From Planctomycetota bacterium (GTDB taxonomy: Bacteria; Planctomycetota; GCA-002687715; CAIWVZ01), in NCBI GenBank assembly GCA_044222185.1, contig JBGANV010000004.1, forward strand, positions 96,001-160,000: a stretch of 64,000 bases of DNA. Reading direction: 5' to 3'. Numbering within the stretch: position 1 is the stretch's first letter; every line of letters begins with the position of its first letter. The notes beneath the pieces are model-generated. The model saw only the letters and a program-made list of their open reading frames with translations. It was not told where the DNA came from and did not search any database. Below, one piece after another: positions 1 to 9,307 of this stretch. The translations under genes were made by a program, and so were the position numbers.

Positions 1-471
1 GACGACCTCGGCGGGCTGGTGGGAACGCAGAACGAGTGCCGTGAGGGGAACAACGTGTTCGGCATCAACGGATGCGTGCCTGCCGTCGCTGCGAACTACG
101 GTGCGGGGTGGCCGGGGACGCTGGGCATCCCCACGCTCTCCGCGAACGTCGCACCCGCGCTCTGCCGGCAGATGGCGATCACGATCGGCAACTCGCGCGG
201 TGTCGCCACGCCCGCGGCGTTGCTCCTCGGGAGGCAGCCCGCGAGCGTCGCGTTCGGCATCGGCGGACTGGTCCTCGTCGACCCGTTCTCGCCGCTGACC
301 TCGATCCTCGAGTTCACGATGCCGGCGTCGGGCTCGGTCCTCTCGTTCCAGACTCCGGGGAACATCTTCCTCTGCGGTGAGACGTTCTACATGCAAGTGG
401 TGATGTTCGACCCGGGCGCGTCGCAGTCGTACGCGTTCACGCGCGGTCTGCAGTCGACGATCGGACTGTGA
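1..471 (+). CDS. 3' end of an exported protein, ending in the recurring YGxG...QxxxxDP...(S/T)xGL C-terminal domain (5' truncated by window edge)
   Basis: Frame open from base 1 to TGA at 469-471; YGAGWPG...FYMQVVMFDPGASQSYAFTRGLQSTIGL resembles the C-termini of 33809..36391 and 54373..57957. Confidence 0.8.
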   Translation, partial: DDLGGLVGTQNECREGNNVFGINGCVPAVAANYGAGWPGTLGIPTLSANVAPALCRQMAITIGNSRGVATPAALLLGRQPASVAFGIGGLVLVDPFSPLTSILEFTMPASGSVLSFQTPGNIFLCGETFYMQVVMFDPGASQSYAFTRGLQSTIGL

Positions 472-480
472 TCGTGTCCG

Positions 481-507
481 ACCGCCGGGCGCCTGCCGTC
501 CGGCGGT
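481..507. terminator. GC hairpin between convergent genes, possible bidirectional terminator
   Basis: ACCGCCGG (481-488) pairs with CCGGCGGT (500-507); no clear U-tract. Confidence 0.4.
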
Positions 508-512
508 GCGTT

Positions 513-1808
513 CTACCGTGACGCCTTGGGGCGGAGGTAGCCCGGCGTGTCGTCGCGAGCGGCACGCGGGTGTAAACACTCGGCGGGACGTGGCGTCGTG
601 ACGAGTTCGAACGCGATGCCGAGGGGATAGTCTCCCGCGCGCGGTGCAACGACGCCGTTCGCGTCGTACGGCAACCCGAACGCCGTCCCCACCGCCAGCA
701 TGTCGAAACGAGTGATCGCCATCTTCGCGCGATCCACCTCGATGAAGCCGAGGATCGCGGGGTCGTAGGACTCGGGTTTTCCTCCTGTCGTTTCGGCGAG
801 GTGCGCGACGCCTTCCAAGCGCATCGTGAGCCGGTCCGCGCGCGCATCTTCCACCGTGAGCCGCAGGCGGATGGCAGCGGGCTGAGCCGTGGTGAACGCC
901 GTGTGCTCGGAGAACCCGCGATTGGGGTCGAGGTGGAAGCGCGCGAGGCGGAGGAGGAACGATTCAGGCACGGGGTAGGACTGTCCTGCTAGCGGCATGG
1001 CAGGGATCAGCGAGCGCCACTCGTTCAGCGGCACCCACATGAAGTCGTTGTGAGCTTCCGCATAGCGGTCGGCCTGCATCTGCGTGGTCTTGGGAACGAA
1101 GTCGCGCAGGGATGCGTATCGCCACCCGCTCGGCTCGCGCGTGGCGAGCTGGCGATTGAACACGCGCAGGACCAGGGCGCCCGCGGGCACGGCGAGAGCC
1201 GTGCGTTTGACGTCCTGCCGGCCTGTCGCGGCGACCATCACCGATCCCGCCAACCGTTCGGTCGGCGGCAGTTGGGCCCACTCGTTCAATGCGGCTTTCA
1301 GCGTCCAGTGGAGATCGGGCGCTGGGAACCGGGGCCGATTGAGGCGGACGCCGCTCGCGGTGACGACGCAGAGCGACCCCGACGCCGTACCGGTCACGCA
1401 ATCCGTCGCGCGGATGAACTCCGAGTCCTCATCCAGGAAGTCGTGGCGCTCGCGGCGCGCGTCGACTGCGACGGCGATGAACTGATCCTTGATGAGTTGA
1501 ACGGCGCTCTCGGTCCAGATCGCCGGCGCACGGCCGGCGGAAGCTGCGGCTCAACACGCTCCGATCGGGGGTCCACCGGCTCCGCCCCAGACCAGGATGG
1601 GTTTGCCCTCGGCTGCTGCCTGGCGGCGCGCCTCGGTGATGCTCAACTTCCAGTCGATCTGCCAGAAGCGCTGCTCATTCGGCTGCGCCCGGATCATGCG
1701 ATGGAGTCGATGGAAGTGTCGCGGCGAGATCGGCTCGGGATCGGTCTCACGCACCGGGAACGACGACACATGAACCAGCACGGCGAACAGGGGCAGCAGT
1801 CGGAACAT
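513..1808 (-). CDS. Candidate exported selenoprotein, 431 aa, Cys85-Sec86, N-terminal thioredoxin-like (SelN-like) domain plus uncharacterised C-terminal domain
   Basis: ATG at 1808 with GAAGGA RBS and signal-like MFRLLPLFAVLVHVSS; ORFs 1551..2027 and 513..1397 are in the same frame with one TGA (1551-1553) between them; read-through gives EARRQAAAEGKPILVWGGAGGPPIGAC-U-AAASAGRAPAIWTESAVQLIKDQFIAVAVD; SECIS-like hairpin follows. Confidence 0.8.
1521..1539 (-). promoter_or_regulatory. Putative bacterial SECIS element
   Basis: mRNA: UGA + 11 nt + stem CGCCGGC, loop CGUGC, stem GCCGGCG; G then U at loop positions 2-3. Confidence 0.7.
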
Positions 1809-2051
1809 CGAACATCCTTCGGAAGGTCGGAAATGAGCGCGCCGAGTGTACTCGCGCCCGAAATCTTGGCCATTCCTCGTCGCGGGGGTTCGCCGCGAAC
1901 CTCGCGGGTCGCCCTGCGGCGGCGGTCGTCGACGCTCGACCGGGTCAGGGGTTCGGACCGGGCGGAAGGCAGGGCTGTCGCGCAGCTCCGCGACTGGGTC
2001 GCAACGCCGGCGACCCGCGCGCACCACTCCGCGTGCCGAGGACTCTCCCGT

Positions 2052-3038
2052 TCAACCGCCCGCAAGCGCGGTGCGGTACCACTGGACCGTCCGGTTCAGT
2101 GCGTCGTCGACGGAGAACGCGTGTCTCCATCCGAGGGTCGTGCGGGCCTTCGTGCAGTCCAGGTACTGCGCGGGGATCTCGCCGGCGGTCTGGCCGAGGA
2201 TCTGCGGCGCCAGGTCGAGCCGTCCGCACGCGCGTTGGATCATGGCGACGAGGTCGAGCACCGAGAGCGGCGTCCCCGTGCCGAAGTTGAACGCCTGCCC
2301 CTGCAGGCCCAGGTCGACCAGTTTCTCGGCGAGGCAGAGATACGCGAGCACGGCGTCCTCGACGTAGAAGTAGTCGCGAATGAGCTTGCCGTCGCTGCGC
2401 ACGACCGGTCGCTCGCCGGCGAGCAGTGATCGGATCGTCCCCGGAACGATCCGGCTGAAGTTGAGATCACCGCCGCCATAAAGATTGCCGCACCGCGTGA
2501 TGGCGATGGGCATCTTGTAGGTCGTCGCGAACGAGATCGCGATGAGGTCGGCGCAGGACTTGGACACGTCGTAGGGGAACCGGCCCTGGAGCGGCGCGTC
2601 CTCGCGGTAGGGAAGGACGTCGTGGGAGCCGTAGGCCTTGTCCGATGACGCGATCACGATCCGCTTGACGAGGGGACCGCACGCGCGGCACGCATCGAGG
2701 AGCGTCCACGTGCCCTTCACGTTGGACTCGAACGTCGAGAGCAGCGAGCGATGCGCGGTGCCCACGATCGTCTGCGCCGCGAGGTGGAAGACGGTGTCGA
2801 TCTCGTACTCGTTGACGGCGCGCAGGCACGTCTCGTAGTCCTCGACGGCGCCGCGCACGACGTTGACTCGCTCGATCGCGCCCGATGTGATCAGTCGCGA
2901 GTTGGCCACGTCATCGCGGATGAGGCAGGTGATCGCAGCGCCGCGCTGGAGAAGCGCATCCACGAGCCACGACCCGAGAAGCCCCGTCCCTCCGGTGACG
3001 AGAACCGGGCGGTTCTTCCACGAGAATGTCGAGCTCAC
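2052..3038 (-). CDS. rfbG: CDP-glucose 4,6-dehydratase-like SDR enzyme
   Basis: GGTGLLG, SSDKAYG and PYDVSK motifs; GTG start at 3038 overlaps the rfbF stop (GTGA); the longer 534-aa ORF is an upstream extension artefact. Confidence 0.8.
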   Translation of the reverse strand: MSSTFSWKNRPVLVTGGTGLLGSWLVDALLQRGAAITCLIRDDVANSRLITSGAIERVNVVRGAVEDYETCLRAVNEYEIDTVFHLAAQTIVGTAHRSLLSTFESNVKGTWTLLDACRACGPLVKRIVIASSDKAYGSHDVLPYREDAPLQGRFPYDVSKSCADLIAISFATTYKMPIAITRCGNLYGGGDLNFSRIVPGTIRSLLAGERPVVRSDGKLIRDYFYVEDAVLAYLCLAEKLVDLGLQGQAFNFGTGTPLSVLDLVAMIQRACGRLDLAPQILGQTAGEIPAQYLDCTKARTTLGWRHAFSVDDALNRTVQWYRTALAGG

Positions 3039-3853
3039 GTCCACACCTTCCAGGGCGCGTTGCCCCGCTCCCACAGCGCGTTCAACGCCTGGGCCTCTTT
3101 GAACGTGTCCATGCACTGCCAGAAGCCCTTGTGCTCGAACAGTGCCATCTGGCGATCGCGCGCCAGTTTCTGGAACGGCTCGAGCTCGAGCGTGCACTCG
3201 GCGTCGAGGTAGTCGAACACCTTGCGATTGAACACGAAGAAGCCGCCGGAGGTGAAGTCGCTCATGAGCGGCTTCTCCTGGAAGTAGTCGACGACGCCGC
3301 CCTGCCCGACCTTGACGAGGCCATACTTCGAATGCGGGTGGAATCCCGTGAGCGTGGCGAGCTTGCCGTGGCGGTCGTGATAGGCCACGAGATCGTCGAG
3401 GTTCACGTCGGACAGTCCGTCGCAGTAGTTCGCGAGGAACGTCTCGTCGTGGATGTGATGGCGGACGCCGAAGAGGCGGCCGCCGGTTTGCGTGTTCTGG
3501 CCCGTGTCGACGAAGGTGATCTCCCAGTCCTCGATCGACGGATCGTGTGCGACGATGCCGCTGCCCGGCACACCGAGCTTGAGTGTGAAGTCCTTCATCA
3601 TCCAGTGGTAGTTGATGAAGTACTCCTTGATCATGTTGCCGCGATAGCCGAGGCACAGGACGAACTTCCGGTACCCGTAGTGGTCGTAGTGGCGCATCAG
3701 GTGCCAGAGCACCGGACGACCGCCGACCTCGACGAGAGCCTTGGGGCGGAACTCCGTCTCCTCCCGCATGCGGGTGCCTTGGCCGCCGCAGAGGATCACG
3801 ACCTTCTCCTGGCGTGTCGGCCGCCGATGGCTGCCCGGGGTGATCTGGCTCAC
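3035..3853 (-). CDS. rfbF: Glucose-1-phosphate cytidylyltransferase
   Basis: VVILCGGQGTRMREETEFRPKALVEVGG, FWQCMDT, APWKVW. Confidence 0.93.
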   Translation of the reverse strand: MSQITPGSHRRPTRQEKVVILCGGQGTRMREETEFRPKALVEVGGRPVLWHLMRHYDHYGYRKFVLCLGYRGNMIKEYFINYHWMMKDFTLKLGVPGSGIVAHDPSIEDWEITFVDTGQNTQTGGRLFGVRHHIHDETFLANYCDGLSDVNLDDLVAYHDRHGKLATLTGFHPHSKYGLVKVGQGGVVDYFQEKPLMSDFTSGGFFVFNRKVFDYLDAECTLELEPFQKLARDRQMALFEHKGFWQCMDTFKEAQALNALWERGNAPWKVWT

Positions 3854-5076
3854 GTGAGGATCTTGGGTTCGGGAATGGGGATCAGGAAGCGTCCGCCGGA
3901 TCGACGATACTCCGCCTCCTGCTGAACGATTTCATCGGTCAGGTTCCAAGGCAGGATCAAGGTGAAGTCGGGTCGGTCCGCGGCGAGCGTCCCGCCGGGT
4001 CTCACGGGCAGGTGCATTCCCGGTGTGAGCTTCCCGGCCTTCAGCGGATTGCGATCGACGGTGTATTCCACGAGATCGGTGCCGATGCCGCAGTAGTTGA
4101 GGAGCGTGTTGCCTTTGGCTGGCGCACCGTAGGCCGCGATCCGCTTGCCCTGACTGCGAAGCGAACGGAGCAGGGCGAGCAGCTGCTCCTTGTTCTGCGC
4201 GACCCGCCGGGCGAAGGCGTGGTAGGTCTCGGCGCGATCGAGGCCGCGTGCCCGCTCATCCACGATCATGGACGTGACGACGGGCCCGTGACCCGACCCG
4301 GCCCGCGCGAGGACTCGCACCGTGCCACCGTGAACTGCCACGTGCTGAACGTCGAAGATGGCGAGCCCCGCCCGTTCGAAGGCGTGAGCGAGGGCCAGCA
4401 CGGAGAAGTAGCTCAGGTGCTCGTGGTAGATCGTGTCGTACTCGAGCTTGTCGAGCATGGGCACCAGATAGGGCACTTCGATGCTGACCACGCCGTTCGG
4501 TTCGACGAGCGTTCGACACCCGCGAAGGAATCCGCCCAGATCCGGCACGTGCGCGAGGACGTTGTTGGCGCAGACGGCGCTCGCAGGCCCGTGGCGGCGG
4601 CGGATGTCGACGGCGGCGTCGGCGCCGAAGAAGACGTTCTCCGTCGGCACCCCGCGATCGGTCGCGATGCGCGCCAGGTTCGTCGCGGGTTCGATGCCGA
4701 GGACACGGACCCCGCGCTTCTGGAACGTCGCCAGAAGACTTCCGTCGTTGCTCGCGATGTCGACGACGAGGCTCGTGGGGCCGAGGCCGAATCGCGCGAC
4801 GTGGTGGTCTGCGAGCGCTTCATGGTGACGGGCCATCGTCGACGACGTGCCGGTCATGTACACGTAGTCGTGGAACAGGATCTCGGGATCGACGCGCTCG
4901 GAAAGCTGAACGAGAAAGCAGGTCTTGCAGAACACCAACTCGAGCGGGAAGCGGGCCTCGGGTTCGCTCGCGGCCTCGGGCCGGACGAACGAATTGGCGA
5001 GGGGCGTGGTGCCAAGCGACAGCACCAACTCGGCCCCGGGGGTGCCGCACGAGAGACATTTGACCACTGGCCGCAT
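3850..5076 (-). CDS. NDP-4-keto-6-deoxyhexose C-methyltransferase (SAM- and Zn-dependent)
   Basis: CLSCG, CKTCFLVQL, DIASNDG, IYHEHLSYF, AYGAPAKGNTLLNYCG, FLIPIP. Confidence 0.9.
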   Translation of the reverse strand: MRPVVKCLSCGTPGAELVLSLGTTPLANSFVRPEAASEPEARFPLELVFCKTCFLVQLSERVDPEILFHDYVYMTGTSSTMARHHEALADHHVARFGLGPTSLVVDIASNDGSLLATFQKRGVRVLGIEPATNLARIATDRGVPTENVFFGADAAVDIRRRHGPASAVCANNVLAHVPDLGGFLRGCRTLVEPNGVVSIEVPYLVPMLDKLEYDTIYHEHLSYFSVLALAHAFERAGLAIFDVQHVAVHGGTVRVLARAGSGHGPVVTSMIVDERARGLDRAETYHAFARRVAQNKEQLLALLRSLRSQGKRIAAYGAPAKGNTLLNYCGIGTDLVEYTVDRNPLKAGKLTPGMHLPVRPGGTLAADRPDFTLILPWNLTDEIVQQEAEYRRSGGRFLIPIPEPKILT

Positions 5077-5088
5077 CCGGTCTGACCC

Positions 5089-6075
5089 TCAGGTCTGCCC
5101 GCGCGCATCACCGCTCGTCGCTCGCGCCCACGCGCGTGCGATCCCGTCACGAACGGAGCTCGGAGGCGCCCAGCCGATGGCCGCCCGCAGGCGATCGTTC
5201 GGCACGGGTGGATGAAACATCTCCTCCGCGAGTTGTTCCACGTCTCCGAACCCGAGACGGTCGTTCGCGATCCCCATTTCGGCGGCGGCGAGCTTAACAA
5301 ACGACATGACGCTGGTGAGTTCTCCGGACGCGAGGTTGATCGCCGGCGCGTCGAACGGATACGCGCCCGAGACGATCTCGTCGGCCGGAAGGAGTCCGAG
5401 CCTCAACAGTCCATCGGCCACATCCTCCACGTAGGTCCAGTCGCGGGTCTGGTTGCCGGTCGTGAGCGGGATCCGGTCAACGCCCTTCGCGGCGTCGATC
5501 AACGTGGGGTAGAGCCGGCCAGGGCGCTCTCCCAGACCGAACACGGTGAAAAGCCGCGGGCAGATGCCGGGGAATCGCCGCTCCCGTCGTGCGGCGGCGA
5601 CGAGGGATGTCGCGGCCAGCTTCGTCCGGCCGTACTCGGTCGTTGGGGTGAATGCGCAGGACTCGTCCAGGGATCGTGCGTTGCCGCACTCGAGCGCCGA
5701 CCCGGGCTGGACCAGTCGCACGCCGTTCCAGCGCGGCTTTGCCGCCTCCACGGCCGCCACGAGGTCGCGCACCAGCCCGACGTTCACACGTTCGAAGAGA
5801 TCGGGCTGGCGTTCGCTGCGCGTCACGCCGTAGCCCGCGAGGTTGAAGACGATCGCAGGCGTCGCGATCCCGATCGACTCGGCGACGGTACCCGGGTGAG
5901 TGAGGTCACGCTCGATGACGGTCGTTCGCCGCGCAACTCGCTCGACGAGCCTCGCCCGATCCCTGACCACGCAGAACACCCGCGCTCCGGCGTCGATCAG
6001 GGCCTCGGCCACCCACCTTCCGATGAAACCGGACGCGCCGGTGACGAGGACGGGAAGATCGCGGTAGCGGTTCAT
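5089..6075 (-). CDS. NAD-dependent epimerase/reductase (SDR), probable NDP-sugar 4-ketoreductase
   Basis: VLVTGASGFIG, EYGRTK (YxxxK), RDWTYVEDVA; first gene of the sugar cluster. Confidence 0.85.
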   Translation of the reverse strand: MNRYRDLPVLVTGASGFIGRWVAEALIDAGARVFCVVRDRARLVERVARRTTVIERDLTHPGTVAESIGIATPAIVFNLAGYGVTRSERQPDLFERVNVGLVRDLVAAVEAAKPRWNGVRLVQPGSALECGNARSLDESCAFTPTTEYGRTKLAATSLVAAARRERRFPGICPRLFTVFGLGERPGRLYPTLIDAAKGVDRIPLTTGNQTRDWTYVEDVADGLLRLGLLPADEIVSGAYPFDAPAINLASGELTSVMSFVKLAAAEMGIANDRLGFGDVEQLAEEMFHPPVPNDRLRAAIGWAPPSSVRDGIARAWARATSGDARGQT

Positions 6076-6204
6076 GGAACGTCCCTCGCACTGTACCCGC
6101 CCCGGGACGTCAGCGCCTCATCACCGAGGGACGGGGGCGCTCCCGACGTCGCGGGAGCGCCAACTCGTGGCGAGGTCGACCGTCGGCGATCGACCGTTCC
6201 GTGC

Positions 6205-7446
6205 TCACCCTTCGCGGATGGCGTTCGTCGGCACCAATCGGGCGGCGCGGATCGCGGGTACGGTGCCTCCGAGGATCCCGATGAAGGCGGCGAGCGACAG
6301 CGCGATGATGACCGTCGCCGGCGTGATCTCGAACTGGAACGTGGACTCGCTGAAGGTCGCGAAGCCGAACGTGCCCGTCGCCATCCCGTGAACGCTGGAG
6401 CCCAGGAGCGTACCGGCCGTGCCGCCGATGAGGCCCAGCACGAGCGACTCCACGAGGAACCCGAGGAACACGTCGCGGGGGCGGAAGCCGATTGCGAGCA
6501 GCGCACCGATCTCGCGCGTACGCCCGGTCACCGCCGCAAGCAGCGTGTTCGTACATCCGACGATGGCGCCGACGGCCATGACGATCGCGAGCAGCCCCGC
6601 GAACCCGGCCATCATCACGCCCATGAACCCGGATTGCTTTGCGAAGTACTCCTGTTCGCTCATGCCCTTGATCTTGAACTCCTCGGCCGCGAGGCGCGCG
6701 AGGAGTCCCGTGGCAGCGATCGTGCGGGCGTTCTTCAGATCCTCCTTGGATCCGAAGCCGTCACCCTCGACGCGCTCGGCGGTGCCGAGGCTCGCGACGT
6801 ACTGCGGTGCCACGCGGAAGACGACCGAGTTCCAGCCGACGCGGTCGAAGAGTTGCGCGATCTGCTGGTTGTCGCCCCAGATCTCCGAGTCGAACGACGA
6901 CCCGCCGCCGTCCAGGATGCCGACGACCGACCAGTCCTGGTTGTAGACGTTCACTACGCCGCCGAGACGGCAACCCTTGATGCGGTCGACCAGGCCCTTG
7001 CCCACGACGATCTCCCGCTTCCCAGGGGTGAAGAACGTGCCTTCCCGGATCTTCACTCTGTCGCGGATCTTCAGCGCCACGGGGGAGGTGCCCCGCACGG
7101 AGACGTTCGTGCCCCCGTGATTCACGCGGTCCAGGTAGAGGCCGGCGAAGATCTCGGGCACGGCGAGGACCGTTCCGTCCTTGTCGCGGTCGACTTCCGG
7201 CAGTCCCATGAGCTTCTGGGCGAGGGCGAGAGACACGCTGCTCTCGCCTTCGCTCGTCGACGCCTCGCGCAGGCAGATCACGTTGTCCGGCCGGCCGGTC
7301 CGCTCGGCGGCGCGCAGGAATCCCTGGTGGAGGGCGAGCACGATGACGAGCACGCAGACCGTCAATGCGATCGCGAGCAGCGTCAGGATCGTGGTCGTCT
7401 TTCGATAGAAGATGCTGCGCAGGTTGTATCGCAGGGGAATGGGCAT
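6205..7446 (-). CDS. ABC transporter permease (MacB/FtsX family)
   Basis: Start MPIPLRYNLRS at 7446, coupled to upstream stop; RTREIGALLAIGF, ESLVLGLIGG, PAIRAARL. Confidence 0.9.
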   Translation of the reverse strand: MPIPLRYNLRSIFYRKTTTILTLLAIALTVCVLVIVLALHQGFLRAAERTGRPDNVICLREASTSEGESSVSLALAQKLMGLPEVDRDKDGTVLAVPEIFAGLYLDRVNHGGTNVSVRGTSPVALKIRDRVKIREGTFFTPGKREIVVGKGLVDRIKGCRLGGVVNVYNQDWSVVGILDGGGSSFDSEIWGDNQQIAQLFDRVGWNSVVFRVAPQYVASLGTAERVEGDGFGSKEDLKNARTIAATGLLARLAAEEFKIKGMSEQEYFAKQSGFMGVMMAGFAGLLAIVMAVGAIVGCTNTLLAAVTGRTREIGALLAIGFRPRDVFLGFLVESLVLGLIGGTAGTLLGSSVHGMATGTFGFATFSESTFQFEITPATVIIALSLAAFIGILGGTVPAIRAARLVPTNAIREG

Positions 7447-8597
7447 CAGGCGCGCCTCCGCAGAGCGTCCACGATGGGGAGTTTGCCGGCGGTGATTGCC
7501 GGAACGATTCCTGCAGCGAGTCCCAGGAGGCCGGCGAGCGCCAGGCCCACCGAGGCGAGATGCGGCGGGACGTAGATCGGGAGCTGGAGGCCGGGGATCA
7601 CCTTGCCGTCCAGCGAAGGCATGATCCGGCACGCGAACGCGCCGCCGATCAGACAGATGAGGAGGCTCTCGGTGAGGCCGAGGAGGGTCACCGTCCCGTC
7701 CGTGAACCCCAGGGTCTTGAGCACGCCCACCTCCTTCACCCGCTCGCGCGTGTTGAGCACCATCGTGTTCAACGTCACGAGGAAGGTGGCGATCACCGCC
7801 ACGATCGAGATGAAGTTGAAGAACGTGGGAAGGCCGCCCCACATGGAGACGAACTGGGCCTGGAACGCGCGCTCCAACAGCGTTCGCGTCCGGTTCGACG
7901 AGTTGTCGAACAGGGAGTCGACGGTCGCTGCGATGTTCGACGCGTTCTCCGGAGTCTCGAGGAGCGTGGCGAAGACGGAGATCTTCTCCACGGGCCCGTC
8001 ATGCGCCTTGGACACCTCGTTCATGTAATCCCAGCGCATGTACAGCGTGCTCTGGTCGTACGACGGCGTCAGCGACTTGTAGAGGCCCACGACCTCGAGC
8101 TCGTAGTTGCCGGGAAAGAGGTTGCCCTGCAGCGCGATCTTCGACCCGATCGTCCAGTCGAAGCGCTCGGCGAGGTCGACGCCGATGATGCATCCCGTTC
8201 GCGTCGCCGCGAACTTCTGCCACTGTTCCTCGGGCATGTAGATGTCTGACTTGTACACGTCGCGAAGCGCCAGCGGGTCGGCCCCGAATCGCGCGAAGAA
8301 GAACTTCTCGCTGATGAAGACGCCACCGAACCAGGTCAGGTGCGTCGTCGTCTTCACGCCGGGGATCTGGGAGATCTGCTGGTCGAGCTTGCGGGGGAGC
8401 GTGACGAAGAGGCTCGCCGCGCTCTCGGTGATGAGTCGTGTCGAGCCCACGCCCGTCGCGGCAACTTCGATGCTGGCGACGACCGTCTGAAGGGCTTCGA
8501 ACGTGAGCACCGCGACGAACACGCTGCCGAGAGTCAGGAGACTCCGGAACCAGTTCCGTCGCAGGTGCGCGAAGATGAGGACGGTGGGGAATCTCAC
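7446..8597 (-). CDS. ABC transporter permease (MacB/FtsX family)
   Basis: LRRNWFRSLLT, RERVKEVGVLKTLGF, C-terminal PIVDALRR. Confidence 0.9.
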   Translation of the reverse strand: MRFPTVLIFAHLRRNWFRSLLTLGSVFVAVLTFEALQTVVASIEVAATGVGSTRLITESAASLFVTLPRKLDQQISQIPGVKTTTHLTWFGGVFISEKFFFARFGADPLALRDVYKSDIYMPEEQWQKFAATRTGCIIGVDLAERFDWTIGSKIALQGNLFPGNYELEVVGLYKSLTPSYDQSTLYMRWDYMNEVSKAHDGPVEKISVFATLLETPENASNIAATVDSLFDNSSNRTRTLLERAFQAQFVSMWGGLPTFFNFISIVAVIATFLVTLNTMVLNTRERVKEVGVLKTLGFTDGTVTLLGLTESLLICLIGGAFACRIMPSLDGKVIPGLQLPIYVPPHLASVGLALAGLLGLAAGIVPAITAGKLPIVDALRRRA

Positions 8598-9304
8598 TGG
8601 ACCGCGCTCCCGGCGGTCTCCGCCTTGATGGTGCCCTTGTCCAAGTGAAGGACGCGCTTGGCGCGGTGGGCAGCCGCCCGGTCGTGCGTGACCATGACGA
8701 TGGTCTTCTGGAACTGCTTGTTCAGCGCATCGAGGAGGTCGAGTACCGCCTCCGCGTTCACATGATCGAGGTCACCGGTCGGCTCGTCGGCGAGGATGAG
8801 CGTCGGATCCGTGACGATGGCGCGGGCGATCGCCACGCGTTGCTCCTGTCCACCCGACAGCTGGTTCGGGTAGTGGCCCGAGCGGTCCCCGAGGCCGACG
8901 ATCGAGAGGGCCCGCTGCACGTGCTCCTTGCGTTGCGACCTCGACAACGGCTGGAGGAGCAGCGGAAGTTCGACGTTCTGCGCCGCCGTGAGCACGGGGA
9001 TCAGGTTGTAGGCCTGGAAGATGAACCCCACGTGTCGTGAGCGCCACTGGGCCAGCTCGGAATTGGACAACTGTCCGATGTCCTCGCCATCGACGACGAC
9101 CGCCCCCTGCGTGGGGCGATCGAGTCCGCCGATGAGGTTCAAGAGCGTGCTCTTGCCGGAGCCTGACGGTCCCATGAGCGCGAAGTAATCGCCCGTGGCG
9201 ATCTTCAGCGACAAGTCCGAGAGGACGTGCACCGGCTCCGAACCGCGCGTGTACGTCATGCCGACCCGGTCCACGTGGACCAGGGTGTTTGAAGCGTCAG
9301 CCAT
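8594..9304 (-). CDS. ABC transporter ATP-binding protein (LolD/MacB type)
   Basis: [30 protein letters not shown]. Confidence 0.95.
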   Translation of the reverse strand: MADASNTLVHVDRVGMTYTRGSEPVHVLSDLSLKIATGDYFALMGPSGSGKSTLLNLIGGLDRPTQGAVVVDGEDIGQLSNSELAQWRSRHVGFIFQAYNLIPVLTAAQNVELPLLLQPLSRSQRKEHVQRALSIVGLGDRSGHYPNQLSGGQEQRVAIARAIVTDPTLILADEPTGDLDHVNAEAVLDLLDALNKQFQKTIVMVTHDRAAAHRAKRVLHLDKGTIKAETAGSAVQ

Positions 9305-9307
9305 CGA

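Noticed and set aside
5212-7575. Long plus-strand ORFs opposite real genes (787 aa here; also 34511..36595, 40690..42384 and minus-strand 54721..56661)
   Set aside because: Typical stop-poor antisense frames of high-GC coding DNA, with no recognisable motifs.
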